The notes beneath the pieces were generated by a model. That model was not told the origin of the DNA. It searched no databases and worked only from the letters and a program-made list of their open reading frames with translations. Shown piece by piece: positions 50,427 to 58,625 of a DNA stretch of 64,000 bases. Source of the stretch: a virus (lineage: Duplodnaviria > Caudoviricetes); IMG/VR virus record IMGVR_UViG_3300026549_000074, positions 6,500 to 70,499 of that record; one strand, written 5' to 3'. How positions within the stretch are numbered: the stretch's first letter is position 1; the number at the start of each line of letters is the position of its first letter. A program made the position numbers and the translations under genes.

Positions 50427-50572
50427 TGGATTTAAGATACTGAATAACGAGATACTTAGATACAGAAATAAACGGGTAGTGAACGTAGATCTAGAAATCT
50501 ATAGTTGAGATCTATATCGTATGTTCCTACCCTGGAAGTAGGAGATGAGTTAGCACTCATCTCCTATGTTCC

Positions 50573-50586
50573 TAATTTGACGAATG
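50573..50586 (+). promoter_or_regulatory. Early-region repeated motif, copy 4
   Basis: TAATTTGACGAATG, preceded by ATGTTCC and the 11-bp hairpin AGGAGATGAGT-TAGC-ACTCATCTCCT. Confidence 0.5.
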
Positions 50587-50611
50587 AGTGTTTATAACTT
50601 ATGGAGGTAAA

Positions 50612-50977
50612 ATGAACATTCATAATATGACTCCTCATGCAATTGACTTTGTAATTGATGGAGTAAAGGTATCTTTCCCTTCTGAAGGAGTGATTCGTGC
50701 AGCTCAGAAAGATGAGCAGGTTGATGAGGTTGTAACAGACCTCAACCTTGGTAACTCATCTGCTGGATTCACTATTCCTGTGTTTAAGTCTACCTTTGGT
50801 GCTCCTGAAGGGGTACCTGAAGAGATTGACCCGAATGGTATCTATGTAGTTTCCATGCTGGCATTCCAGAGCCTTAAGGCTACTGGATACAATATGGATA
50901 AGTACTACATTGTTTCAGGAACCATCAGGGATGAACAGGGTAAGATTGTAGGATGCAAGGGGCTTGCAAAAGCTTAA
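50612..50977 (+). CDS. Possible Crn4-like ring nuclease / anti-defence protein
   Basis: N-terminal NMTPH, central GAPEGVPE...IYVVS, C-terminal RDEQGKIVGCKGL. Family recognised from memory only. GGAGG RBS. Confidence 0.5.
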   Translation: MNIHNMTPHAIDFVIDGVKVSFPSEGVIRAAQKDEQVDEVVTDLNLGNSSAGFTIPVFKSTFGAPEGVPEEIDPNGIYVVSMLAFQSLKATGYNMDKYYIVSGTIRDEQGKIVGCKGLAKA

Positions 50978-51004
50978 TTGCTGATGTTCCTACAATGATT
51001 AGTT

Positions 51005-51045
51005 AAGCCAAGCTTTATGCTTGGCTTTTTTGTTTTTTTTTATTT
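51005..51045 (+). terminator. Rho-independent terminator
   Basis: AAGCCAAGC-TTTAT-GCTTGGCTT plus long T run. Confidence 0.8.
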
Positions 51046-51112
51046 TTTTATTTTTTTCGCTTTCAACTGAGAACTTATGTTCCTAAAGTGAGTGAACAAC
51101 AGGAGAAATACT

Positions 51113-51334
51113 ATGGTACATTCTATTTGCATTACTTTTAACTATGACAGGTCTAATAATACAGGGTCTTGGGTATGGGTTAATAACCTTAGTAAGTGCT
51201 GGGAATTTATAGTTAATGATACTAGGTATTACACTATTCCTAAGACTAAAGGTTATAAAGCATTAATCCATGAGTGTAAGAAGTATTGGGATGATACTGC
51301 ATGGATTAAGAATCTTCATGAGAATAGAAGGTAA
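51113..51334 (+). CDS. Hypothetical protein (73 aa)
   Basis: AGGAG RBS before ATG 51113. Confidence 0.65.
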   Translation: MVHSICITFNYDRSNNTGSWVWVNNLSKCWEFIVNDTRYYTIPKTKGYKALIHECKKYWDDTAWIKNLHENRR

Positions 51335-51346
51335 GGAGAATCTCAA

Positions 51347-51850
51347 ATGAATGTACATACTGGACTTACTCTTACTGCTCTTTCCGAGGGATTAGTTTTT
51401 CAGTTTCATATTAGCTACTCACCTTTCGGTAGGTGGGAAGTTGAGTATGAATCTGGATATGACCTTGAGTATTGTGATTCTTTTAACACCTGTAAATCAC
51501 TGAATAAGTGGATTAGGGGATTTGAACAGTATAGAGTAACCAAGAGAACCAAGAAAGATTTCCCTTTTATTGCTTTTGATGGACAGAATGGATGGTACTG
51601 TAATAAGCACTATCCATTTATTGTTGTACCAGTCGTAACCAAGGAACACCCTGAGTATATTAATGTAACATTTGATTGTTACTATCTGGGTGATGATAAG
51701 TATCAACTTATTGATGAGGATGGAGACCCTCTGTATTTTGAATCTCTTGATGAATTTAAGAGGTTTCTCAAGAAACATGATTGTTATATTGCAGGTAATA
51801 CAGAGGAATTACGTAACCGTAAGAAAATGTTCTGTGGTAAGGCTTTCTAA
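51347..51850 (+). CDS. Hypothetical protein (167 aa)
   Basis: AAGGAG RBS; aromatic-rich. Confidence 0.7.
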   Translation: MNVHTGLTLTALSEGLVFQFHISYSPFGRWEVEYESGYDLEYCDSFNTCKSLNKWIRGFEQYRVTKRTKKDFPFIAFDGQNGWYCNKHYPFIVVPVVTKEHPEYINVTFDCYYLGDDKYQLIDEDGDPLYFESLDEFKRFLKKHDCYIAGNTEELRNRKKMFCGKAF

Positions 51851-51863
51851 TGAGGTTTCTAAT

Positions 51864-52391
51864 ATGATTAATCTTGATGAACTTATTTATTCTTATAAAT
51901 ATGTTAAGGGAATGATTAAAAGAATTGAGAAAGAGTTAGATGATAATTTTGATAATCTTTCTAACCCTGAGATTCATAATAAAGAATCAGATCTTCATGG
52001 TCTTACTAAGACTATGGGAGAACTTTATAGGAAAATTAGTGTAATTAAGAAGAAGGCTATTAAAGCAGATTTAGTTAAAGCTACTATTACTACAAGTAAT
52101 GTAGATACTTTTATATTTGATAAGAGTATCAGACACAATAACAACATTGTTGAATTAACAAATAGAGTAATTGGTAGATTTACATTTAATATCATGGGTG
52201 CTGAAATAGTTAAAGAAGGTGAATATCTTCTTAGCTTTGATGATGATTATATTAAATCAGGTAAAGTATTTATATCTATTAAGAATGATACTAATTACAT
52301 TGTTACTATACCTGAAGATACTAGATGGTTCTTTATTGATGATGTAGCTAAAGATAAAGCTGAAGAATTTAGGAATAATATAAAGGAGTAG
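51864..52391 (+). CDS. Hypothetical protein (175 aa)
   Basis: GAGG RBS before ATG 51864; the track's longer 5' extension overlaps the previous gene. Confidence 0.65.
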   Translation: MINLDELIYSYKYVKGMIKRIEKELDDNFDNLSNPEIHNKESDLHGLTKTMGELYRKISVIKKKAIKADLVKATITTSNVDTFIFDKSIRHNNNIVELTNRVIGRFTFNIMGAEIVKEGEYLLSFDDDYIKSGKVFISIKNDTNYIVTIPEDTRWFFIDDVAKDKAEEFRNNIKE

Positions 52392-52419
52392 AAAATAGCT
52401 ACGCTATTTTCTACTCCTA
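52385..52419. other. Perfect 16-bp inverted repeat with 3-nt loop
   Basis: AGGAGTAGAAAATAGC-TAC-GCTATTTTCTACTCCT. Confidence 0.85.
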
Positions 52420-52438
52420 ATATTTTTTAATAAATATA

Positions 52439-52466
52439 TTGACAATAATAATAATTAATATATATT
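52439..52466 (+). promoter_or_regulatory. Host sigma70-like promoter for the tRNA/ncRNA cluster
   Basis: TTGACA-N16-TATATT with an AT-rich upstream element. Confidence 0.6.
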
Positions 52467-52471
52467 TATAA

Positions 52472-52594
52472 ATGTCCTGTTGGACATCAGATCTACTAGG
52501 TTTTTCTTCATAACGCTTTGAACCTAGTAGATCTTCCTATTTCCCTCATCATATTAAATTTTGTCTCACTTTCCCTGCTGACTATGATGAGGGA
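52472..52594 (+). ncRNA. Structured RNA block 1 (three stem-loops)
   Basis: ATGTCC/GGACAT; 14-bp AGATCTACTAGGTT/AACCTAGTAGATCT; 12-bp TCCCTCATCATA/TATGATGAGGGA; the two long stems have pyrimidine-rich loops. Confidence 0.5.
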
Positions 52595-52597
52595 TTC

Positions 52598-52671
52598 GGG
52601 GGCTTCGCCAAGTGGTAAGGCAACGGATTCTGATTCCGTCACCGGTGGTCCGAATCCATCAGCCCTCGCCA
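52598..52671 (+). tRNA. tRNA-Gln(CTG)
   Basis: GGGGGCT/AGCCCTC acceptor, GCCAAGTGGTAAGGC D arm, ACGGA-TTCTGAT-TCCGT anticodon arm, variant T-loop TCCGAAT, CCA. Confidence 0.88.
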
Positions 52672-52672
52672 T

Positions 52673-52742
52673 AGGAGTTTAGTTCAAGGATAGAACAATG
52701 GATTTAGAATCCATTATGGTGGCTTGAAACCATCAACTCCTA
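52673..52742 (+). tRNA. Atypical tRNA, anticodon TAG, no long variable arm
   Basis: AGGAGTT/AACTCCT acceptor, GTTCAAGGATAGAAC D arm, ATGGA-TTTAGAA-TCCAT, GGTGG-CTTGAAA-CCATC; no encoded CCA. Confidence 0.6.
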
Positions 52743-52749
52743 CCCAATA

Positions 52750-52875
52750 TGTCCCATATGGAATTTCTCCAGCCTAGAATCCTCCAGCTAGGTAATATTT
52801 GTCCATGTGGGACACCTCTTAGTCTCATCCACCTTCTGTATATCTGGCAATATCGCTCTTCGATGGGTGAGACTA
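52750..52875 (+). ncRNA. Structured RNA block 2 (two long stem-loops)
   Basis: 13-bp TGTCCCATATGGA/TCCATGTGGGACA enclosing CCTAG/CTAGG; 12-bp TAGTCTCATCCA/TGGGTGAGACTA. Confidence 0.5.
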
Positions 52876-52902
52876 TCCCTATTCTTATGAGGAATTAAAC
52901 TT

Positions 52903-53184
52903 ATGAAACATGAATTATTTAAGATTGAAGCAGATTATAATAAAAGAGAAGAGGAATACTATACTGAAAATGCTTCTCAATATCTGAATAATTATCTTGA
53001 AGATGCTCTTATTAAAGCTTTTGAAAATTATAAAAAAGAACATCCCAACTATTGGAATATCTATAGAAAATATCTTAGAGAAGAAGATACACATAAAGAT
53101 GATAATTATAAAGAATCAATTTTAAGTTTTAGTCTAAATCGCTATGTCACTGAAGATCATAAAAATGATTGGGAGGATTTATGA
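52903..53184 (+). CDS. Hypothetical protein (93 aa)
   Basis: GAGG RBS, open frame. Confidence 0.65.
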   Translation: MKHELFKIEADYNKREEEYYTENASQYLNNYLEDALIKAFENYKKEHPNYWNIYRKYLREEDTHKDDNYKESILSFSLNRYVTEDHKNDWEDL

Positions 53185-53402
53185 TTATAGAAGATTATAT
53201 AGAACCCATAATTCAAGATAAAGCAAATTATGGTATTGCTTATGAAAAGGTTCGTGATCTTATAGAACCTATAATAATTACTACTGTTATGGAAATTACT
53301 AATCGTAATCAATCAGAATCAGCAAGACTTTTAGGTATTAATAGAGGAACATTTGTTAAAAAACTTAAAAAATATGGATTATATGAAGTTTATTATTCAT
53401 AA
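53181..53402 (+). CDS. fis: Fis-like nucleoid/transcription factor
   Basis: VMEITNRNQSESARLLGINRGTFVKKLKKYGL aligns with the E. coli Fis C-terminus [32 protein letters not shown]; GGAGG RBS. Confidence 0.8.
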   Translation: MIIEDYIEPIIQDKANYGIAYEKVRDLIEPIIITTVMEITNRNQSESARLLGINRGTFVKKLKKYGLYEVYYS

Positions 53403-53411
53403 TGTTTCTAA

Positions 53412-53432
53412 GCCGGAGTAATCCGGTTTTTC
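53412..53432 (+). terminator. Terminator
   Basis: GCCGGA-GTAA-TCCGGT plus TTTT. Confidence 0.6.
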
Positions 53433-53458
53433 ATTTTTAACTTAAGGAGAGTAAGACT

Positions 53459-55627
53459 ATGGAGCATAGGCTTCAAGAGCTTACAGATAAGCTTAAGGAT
53501 ACTGCATATCCTGGCTTCTGTAATAACCTGGTAGATTATCTACAGGTTAAGACTAATAATTATGGTTCTAGAGTTTATTTCCAGAATATGTTTATCTATT
53601 TGATATCCAAGGTAGCATCTATGATGCGAATTAATATCAAGAACATTTCTGGTGATGTACTTCCAATTAATGCATATATCATCAATCTCTTACCTAGTGG
53701 TGGTGGTAAGGGAATGAGTATGAATATATGTGATTCTATTTTTAACTCATTTAAGAATGAATTCATACTTCAATCCAAGTCTCAGATAGCAGACAACATC
53801 ATGGATCTTGCTCAGGATAGAGCTGGGTTAACAGGAGAAGATGTTGGTACTGTTGCACAGAGAATGAAGGAATATGTAGCTGTTAATTCAGGTATGTATG
53901 AGTTCAGTGAAGGTACTGTTCCTGCTCTTAAGCAATGCAGAGCAGCACTTCAAATCCAAGGATTAGGTTCTCTTAATTATATCTGTGATGAGATTGGTTC
54001 TAATCTTACAGCAGATGGTTCTAAAGAGTTACTTACCCATTTCCTTGAGGTATATGACAAAGGATTAACCAGAGGAAAGCTTACAAAGAACAGTAAAGAT
54101 TTTCAGAGAACAGAAGAATATGGTGTACCAGTCCCTTATAACATGGTGTTATTTGGAACTCCTACAGCATTGCTTGACAGTGGTCCTGTTGAGTCTTTGT
54201 TCATGAAATATCTTAGGACTGGATTTGCAAGAAGATGTTTCTTTGGTTATGGAACTCATGATTTTCAGATTAGTACTGTTGAAGATGAGTTCAATAAGAT
54301 TAAAGCTATTGATTTTAAGCTTGGTGAATTCCAAGACCTTGTAAGAAGTCTTTGTGATGCTACCTGGTTTAATAAAGTAATAGATATGCCTGATGATGTA
54401 GCCAAAGAACTTATTAATTACAAGCAAATCTGTGAGTTCAGGTCAAGCAAGATGCTTTCTGAACAGGATACAGAACAGTCTGAGATGACTAACAGGTTCT
54501 TTAAGACTCTTAAGCTTGCAGGTGCTCTTGCTTTCTTAGACCATAGAGACCATGTAGTACTCAATGATTTATATCAGGCTATTAAGTTCTCTGAAGACTC
54601 AGGTATCTGCTTCAAGAAGATAGTTAACCAGCCAGCTAATTATGCTAAGTTAGCTATGTATCTTGCTGAGGTAAATGAGCCAAAGACTGATACTGATATC
54701 ATGGAGAAGCTTCCGTTCTATAGAAAACAGAATGAGAGAGATGAAGTTTATCTTAGAGCGGTAGAATGGGGATATGACAGAGGTATCTCAATAAGAAGAT
54801 ACAGATCTAGTAAGAATAAACTGATTTATACCTGTGCTGAGAAATATCAGCAAACTGACTTATCTAAACTTATTATTAGTATGTCCAAGCATGATGCTTA
54901 TAACTATCAGAATAAGTTTATGTCATTTACTGATTTACCCAACTTAGGTAAAGCCAGTGGATTTAACTGGGTCAATCATCATCTGCTTCCTGATGCAGAT
55001 CCTAATATTGGAAACCATAGAGATGGTTCTCATATCCAGAATGGATTCAATATGATTGTTCTGGATGTAGACCATGGTTCTAAGGTTAAGTTTGTTAAGG
55101 ATATCCTCAAGAAATATTATTATGTAATTTATACTACCAAGCGATATACAGATGAGAACCAGAGATTCAGAGTAATTATTCCTATCAAATATACTCTCAA
55201 TCTGAGAGAAGATATTTATAAGGAATTTATGAAGAATGTTGCTAATGCGTTACCTTTTGAAGTAGACATGCAGACCTTCCAAAGGTCTAGGAAATGGTCT
55301 ACCAATAAGGGTATGACCTTTATCAACAACTCTGAAGATCTAGAGCTGTTTGATCCTCTTGGATATATTCCTGATTCCAATGTTACTGAAGGTTCTGTTA
55401 AGGGATTCAAAGCTGACCTTAATAAGCTTGAGAACTGGTTTATCAGGAATACTGATGTAGGTGATAGGAATAATATGCTCTATCGCTATGGTCGTGTACT
55501 GGTTGATAATGGTGTTACAGGAGATGATCTTGAGTCTAAGATAGTAGAACTTAATTCCAAACTGATTGATCCTCTTACAGATCAGGAATTAGAGTCTACT
55601 GTTCTTAAATCACTGCTGAAGCCCTAG
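53459..55627 (+). CDS. DNA primase (N4 gp43-like)
   Basis: NLLPSGGGKGMS, DEIGSN, NMVLFGTP, TGFARRCFF, IVLDVDHG, YTTKRY, RFRVIIP, GDRNNMLYRYG (PriCT-like). Confidence 0.85.
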   Translation: MEHRLQELTDKLKDTAYPGFCNNLVDYLQVKTNNYGSRVYFQNMFIYLISKVASMMRINIKNISGDVLPINAYIINLLPSGGGKGMSMNICDSIFNSFKNEFILQSKSQIADNIMDLAQDRAGLTGEDVGTVAQRMKEYVAVNSGMYEFSEGTVPALKQCRAALQIQGLGSLNYICDEIGSNLTADGSKELLTHFLEVYDKGLTRGKLTKNSKDFQRTEEYGVPVPYNMVLFGTPTALLDSGPVESLFMKYLRTGFARRCFFGYGTHDFQISTVEDEFNKIKAIDFKLGEFQDLVRSLCDATWFNKVIDMPDDVAKELINYKQICEFRSSKMLSEQDTEQSEMTNRFFKTLKLAGALAFLDHRDHVVLNDLYQAIKFSEDSGICFKKIVNQPANYAKLAMYLAEVNEPKTDTDIMEKLPFYRKQNERDEVYLRAVEWGYDRGISIRRYRSSKNKLIYTCAEKYQQTDLSKLIISMSKHDAYNYQNKFMSFTDLPNLGKASGFNWVNHHLLPDADPNIGNHRDGSHIQNGFNMIVLDVDHGSKVKFVKDILKKYYYVIYTTKRYTDENQRFRVIIPIKYTLNLREDIYKEFMKNVANALPFEVDMQTFQRSRKWSTNKGMTFINNSEDLELFDPLGYIPDSNVTEGSVKGFKADLNKLENWFIRNTDVGDRNNMLYRYGRVLVDNGVTGDDLESKIVELNSKLIDPLTDQELESTVLKSLLKP

Positions 55628-55657
55628 AATTGAGCTACAATGAGTTAAATAGGTTTG

Positions 55658-55690
55658 GGAGTATAGTTATATACTCCCTTTGTTTTCTTT
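55658..55690 (+). terminator. Terminator after primase
   Basis: GGGAGTATA-GTTA-TATACTCCC plus T-rich tail. Confidence 0.7.
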
Positions 55691-55707
55691 CAATAGAGAG
55701 CAATAGA

Positions 55708-56403
55708 ATGCAAAAGAATACATGTGGCAGATGGTGGACTAAAGTTGATTACTATGATGGTCAGAACCTGAATGGTGATTGGTTAGTTACCTACAAAATT
55801 GATGGTGTAAGGTTACTCAGAGGAAGAGATGGTAAGGTCTATACCCGTAATGGTAAGAGAATGCCTAATGCAGACAAACTTCCAGTATCTGATTGTGAGT
55901 ACTTTGCAGGTGATTGGAATGAGTCTGTAAGTCAGTTAAGAAATGAGTCCAGAGCAAGTGAGTGTACTGGTAATAATTGTTATAAGCTTAGCCCTATTGA
56001 TCCAAGATTAGTAGTTGGTATGTATACCAATATTCATCCGGAATTAATGGATGAATTACTACGTAAAGCTTTGCTTAAGGGTTATGAAGGTATTGTTGTC
56101 CGTAAGGGAGATATCTGGCTTAAGCATGTACCAATTAGATCAGTAGATCTCAGGGTAATAGATGTTATTGAAGGTACTGGTAAGCTTAAGGGAATGATTG
56201 GTGCTTTTGTTACCAAGTATGGTCGTATTGGTTCTATGGCTATTACAGCTGATGAGCGTAAGAGACTCTGGGAACATCGTGATGAATTAATTGGTAAAAT
56301 CATTCAGGTTGAGTACCGTGAGTTTAACAAGGATACTCAAAAGCTCAGATTCCCTAGATATATCAGAACTAGATTTGATAAGGAAGTGGAGGATATACTG
56401 TGA
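55708..56403 (+). CDS. Minimal ATP-dependent DNA ligase
   Basis: TYKIDGVR (KxDG), GYEGIVVR, WLKH, and OB-fold GKIIQVEYRE...LRFPRYIRTRFDK. Confidence 0.85.
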   Translation: MQKNTCGRWWTKVDYYDGQNLNGDWLVTYKIDGVRLLRGRDGKVYTRNGKRMPNADKLPVSDCEYFAGDWNESVSQLRNESRASECTGNNCYKLSPIDPRLVVGMYTNIHPELMDELLRKALLKGYEGIVVRKGDIWLKHVPIRSVDLRVIDVIEGTGKLKGMIGAFVTKYGRIGSMAITADERKRLWEHRDELIGKIIQVEYREFNKDTQKLRFPRYIRTRFDKEVEDIL

Positions 56404-56639
56404 AACCAGTAGATTTTACTAAACTCAGTGTAGTTAAGGGAAGTAAGGTTTATTATCTTAAACCCAGCTTTAAGCATTCAAAACTTGGTATTTATGTTTC
56501 TACTCAGGATGTAGCTGATGCTACAGGAAGGTCTATCAGGACTGTTCAGGCCTGGTGTCATGATAAGGATATAGTAGCAACCAAGATTTATGATGTAGAC
56601 AGGAATACTTACTATTGGAGAATAAGAACGTATCGATGA
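56400..56639 (+). CDS. Small HTH DNA-binding protein
   Basis: STQDVADATGRSIRTVQAWC helix-turn-helix; GGAGG RBS. Confidence 0.65.
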   Translation: MKPVDFTKLSVVKGSKVYYLKPSFKHSKLGIYVSTQDVADATGRSIRTVQAWCHDKDIVATKIYDVDRNTYYWRIRTYR

Positions 56640-56836
56640 ACGAAGATTTATTGCTGAAACTTAGTGGTATCTTATGTTTCTCTACTGGTTATGTTATGGC
56701 TAACAGGAATCTTAAGAATACACTGTTAGCTCAGAAACTAATTGAAGCAAGAGATATAGTTCTTAAGGAACTTAAACTTAATCCGGAGGAAATCTTTAAG
56801 TATGACGAAGATAAACAAGAGACTGGTTCTTATTGA
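56636..56836 (+). CDS. Hypothetical protein (66 aa)
   Basis: ATGA overlap with the previous gene. Confidence 0.55.
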   Translation: MNEDLLLKLSGILCFSTGYVMANRNLKNTLLAQKLIEARDIVLKELKLNPEEIFKYDEDKQETGSY

Positions 56837-57539
56837 GGGTAAGTCTGCATCAGGCAAGACTTGCTCTCTCAGGAATCTCAAGGGTAATGTCTTGTATTTT
56901 AACTGTGAGTCAGGTAAGGAGATTCCATTCAAGAATAATTTCATGAATGTAACTGTTACTGATCCAAATAAGACATTTCTTGGAGAGAATGGAGTCTTTG
57001 CTCAAGCAACCAAGAATACTGATAAGTGTGATACTATCATCATAGATTCACTTACTTATCTGATGGATATGTATGAGAACAAGTATGTCTATAATAGTAA
57101 GAATACTATGACTGCTTGGAATGACTATCAGCAATTCTTCAAGACTCTTATGCAACAGCAGGTAGCAGGTGCACCTCAGTCTGTTATTATGACTGCTCAT
57201 ATTACAGACCAGATGAATGATGAAGGTATTACTGAGTCTTTCATCAAGCTTAAAGGAGCACTTAATAATAATGGTATTGAATCTTGGTTCAGTAATGTTT
57301 TGATTGCCAAGAAGATGCCTGTTGCTACCCTGAAGTCATATGAGAATGACTATCTCCATATAACTGAAGATGATGAAGATCTTGGTTTCAAGTATGTATT
57401 CCAGACTCGTATTACTAAGGATACTACTGGAACCAGAATCAGAAGTCCTCTTGGTATGTGGAAGAAAGAAGAGACATTTATTGATTCGGATTGTCAGATT
57501 GTTATTGACAGACTGAATAATTACTATGGAGTTGATTAA
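56802..57539 (+). CDS. AAA_24 / Sak4-like ATPase (N4 gp44-like)
   Basis: GKSASGKT Walker A, IIIDSLT Walker B, GIESWFSNV, RIRSPLGMW. Confidence 0.85.
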   Translation: MTKINKRLVLIEGKSASGKTCSLRNLKGNVLYFNCESGKEIPFKNNFMNVTVTDPNKTFLGENGVFAQATKNTDKCDTIIIDSLTYLMDMYENKYVYNSKNTMTAWNDYQQFFKTLMQQQVAGAPQSVIMTAHITDQMNDEGITESFIKLKGALNNNGIESWFSNVLIAKKMPVATLKSYENDYLHITEDDEDLGFKYVFQTRITKDTTGTRIRSPLGMWKKEETFIDSDCQIVIDRLNNYYGVD

Positions 57540-58246
57540 TGAATATTTTTGGTAATGTTGATGATTCACTGGTAAAGGACAAGGATAACGCTGGTTATTC
57601 TGTTCTTAGTACTGGCATTTACAAGGCAACTGTTAAGTCTCATTATCTGATTAACAATGCTAAGAATGCTGTAGAGGCTCATCTTACTCTTGATATCAAT
57701 GGTGGAGATCACAACTTCACTATTGCTGTTACCTGGGATGGTGATAATTCTAAGACTGGTCCTATTGTCAAGGATTTCAAGACCAAGCAGGGTGGAGTAT
57801 TCAAGAAGGTTAAGCCTGGTTATATAACTCTTAATTCCCTTACCAAGATTACTATGGGTAAGAGTCTCAAGGAAGTATCTCAGGTTAAGAAGATGGTAGA
57901 GATACAGAATTGGGAAACCAAGAATAAGGAGAAGAAGCCAGCACTGGTTATTGAAGGACTTGATGGTGTAAGGTTCAATGTAGGTATTATTCATAAGCAG
58001 TATGAATCCCAGGCTTCAGGTAAGCTTAAGAATACTAATGCTATTGATAAGATTTACAATGAGAATAATCAGACTCTTTCAGAGATTGAGAATAATGCTC
58101 CCAGTACATATGCTGAGAAGTTCATGTCTGAAAAGGCAGGCAAGATCTTTGATGTATATGGCAGGAATGAGGTAGTTCCTGTCAGTGCTGAGAAATCTGA
58201 TACATCTGATGATGATGATGATGTAAGTCCTTTTGGAAATGACTGA
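57539..58246 (+). CDS. Single-stranded DNA-binding protein (N4 gp45-like)
   Basis: GYSVLSTGIYKATV N-terminus, PGY, acidic C-terminal tail DDDDDVSPF; synteny. Confidence 0.75.
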   Translation: MNIFGNVDDSLVKDKDNAGYSVLSTGIYKATVKSHYLINNAKNAVEAHLTLDINGGDHNFTIAVTWDGDNSKTGPIVKDFKTKQGGVFKKVKPGYITLNSLTKITMGKSLKEVSQVKKMVEIQNWETKNKEKKPALVIEGLDGVRFNVGIIHKQYESQASGKLKNTNAIDKIYNENNQTLSEIENNAPSTYAEKFMSEKAGKIFDVYGRNEVVPVSAEKSDTSDDDDDVSPFGND

Positions 58247-58625
58247 TAGTAAGTCTTTTACTATGGTGCTTCCCACTGAAGTTAAAGTTGGGAAGCATTT
58301 ATATTCCGTGAATCTGAATACATTCAGGAATCTATACTATATAACCAAGAACCAAATGAAACGTAAATTTATGGATCTGGTTATAGAGCAGCTTCCTGAT
58401 GTTCATTTCAATAAAATAACTATTCACTATAAAGTATTCTTTGGTGATAGAAGAAGGCATGATATTACCAATATTGTTTCTATGGTGGATAAGTTTCTTG
58501 AGGATGCTTTAGTTGAGAAACATATTATTGAGGATGATGACTATAAACATGTATTAGGTGGTTCATGGGAATTTGGTGGAATATCAGAACCAAAGATAGA
58601 GGTTACTATTAATGGACAATATTAA
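58239..58625 (+). CDS. RusA-like Holliday junction resolvase
   Basis: SVNLNTFRN, DRRRHDITNI...KFLEDALV...IIEDDDY. Confidence 0.8.
   Translation: MTDSKSFTMVLPTEVKVGKHLYSVNLNTFRNLYYITKNQMKRKFMDLVIEQLPDVHFNKITIHYKVFFGDRRRHDITNIVSMVDKFLEDALVEKHIIEDDDYKHVLGGSWEFGGISEPKIEVTINGQY

Noticed and set aside
48400-50586. TTGACG/TTGTCG within the early motif as sigma70 -35 boxes
   Set aside because: No acceptable -10 hexamer 16-18 nt downstream in any copy.
51672-51863. 5' extension of the 239-aa track ORF
   Set aside because: It overlaps the preceding gene out of frame; the RBS supports a start at 51864.
52673-52745. Amber suppressor tRNA / stop-codon reassignment
   Set aside because: An amber suppressor needs anticodon CTA, not TAG. 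Long genes are uninterrupted under code 11, and TAG is used as a normal stop.
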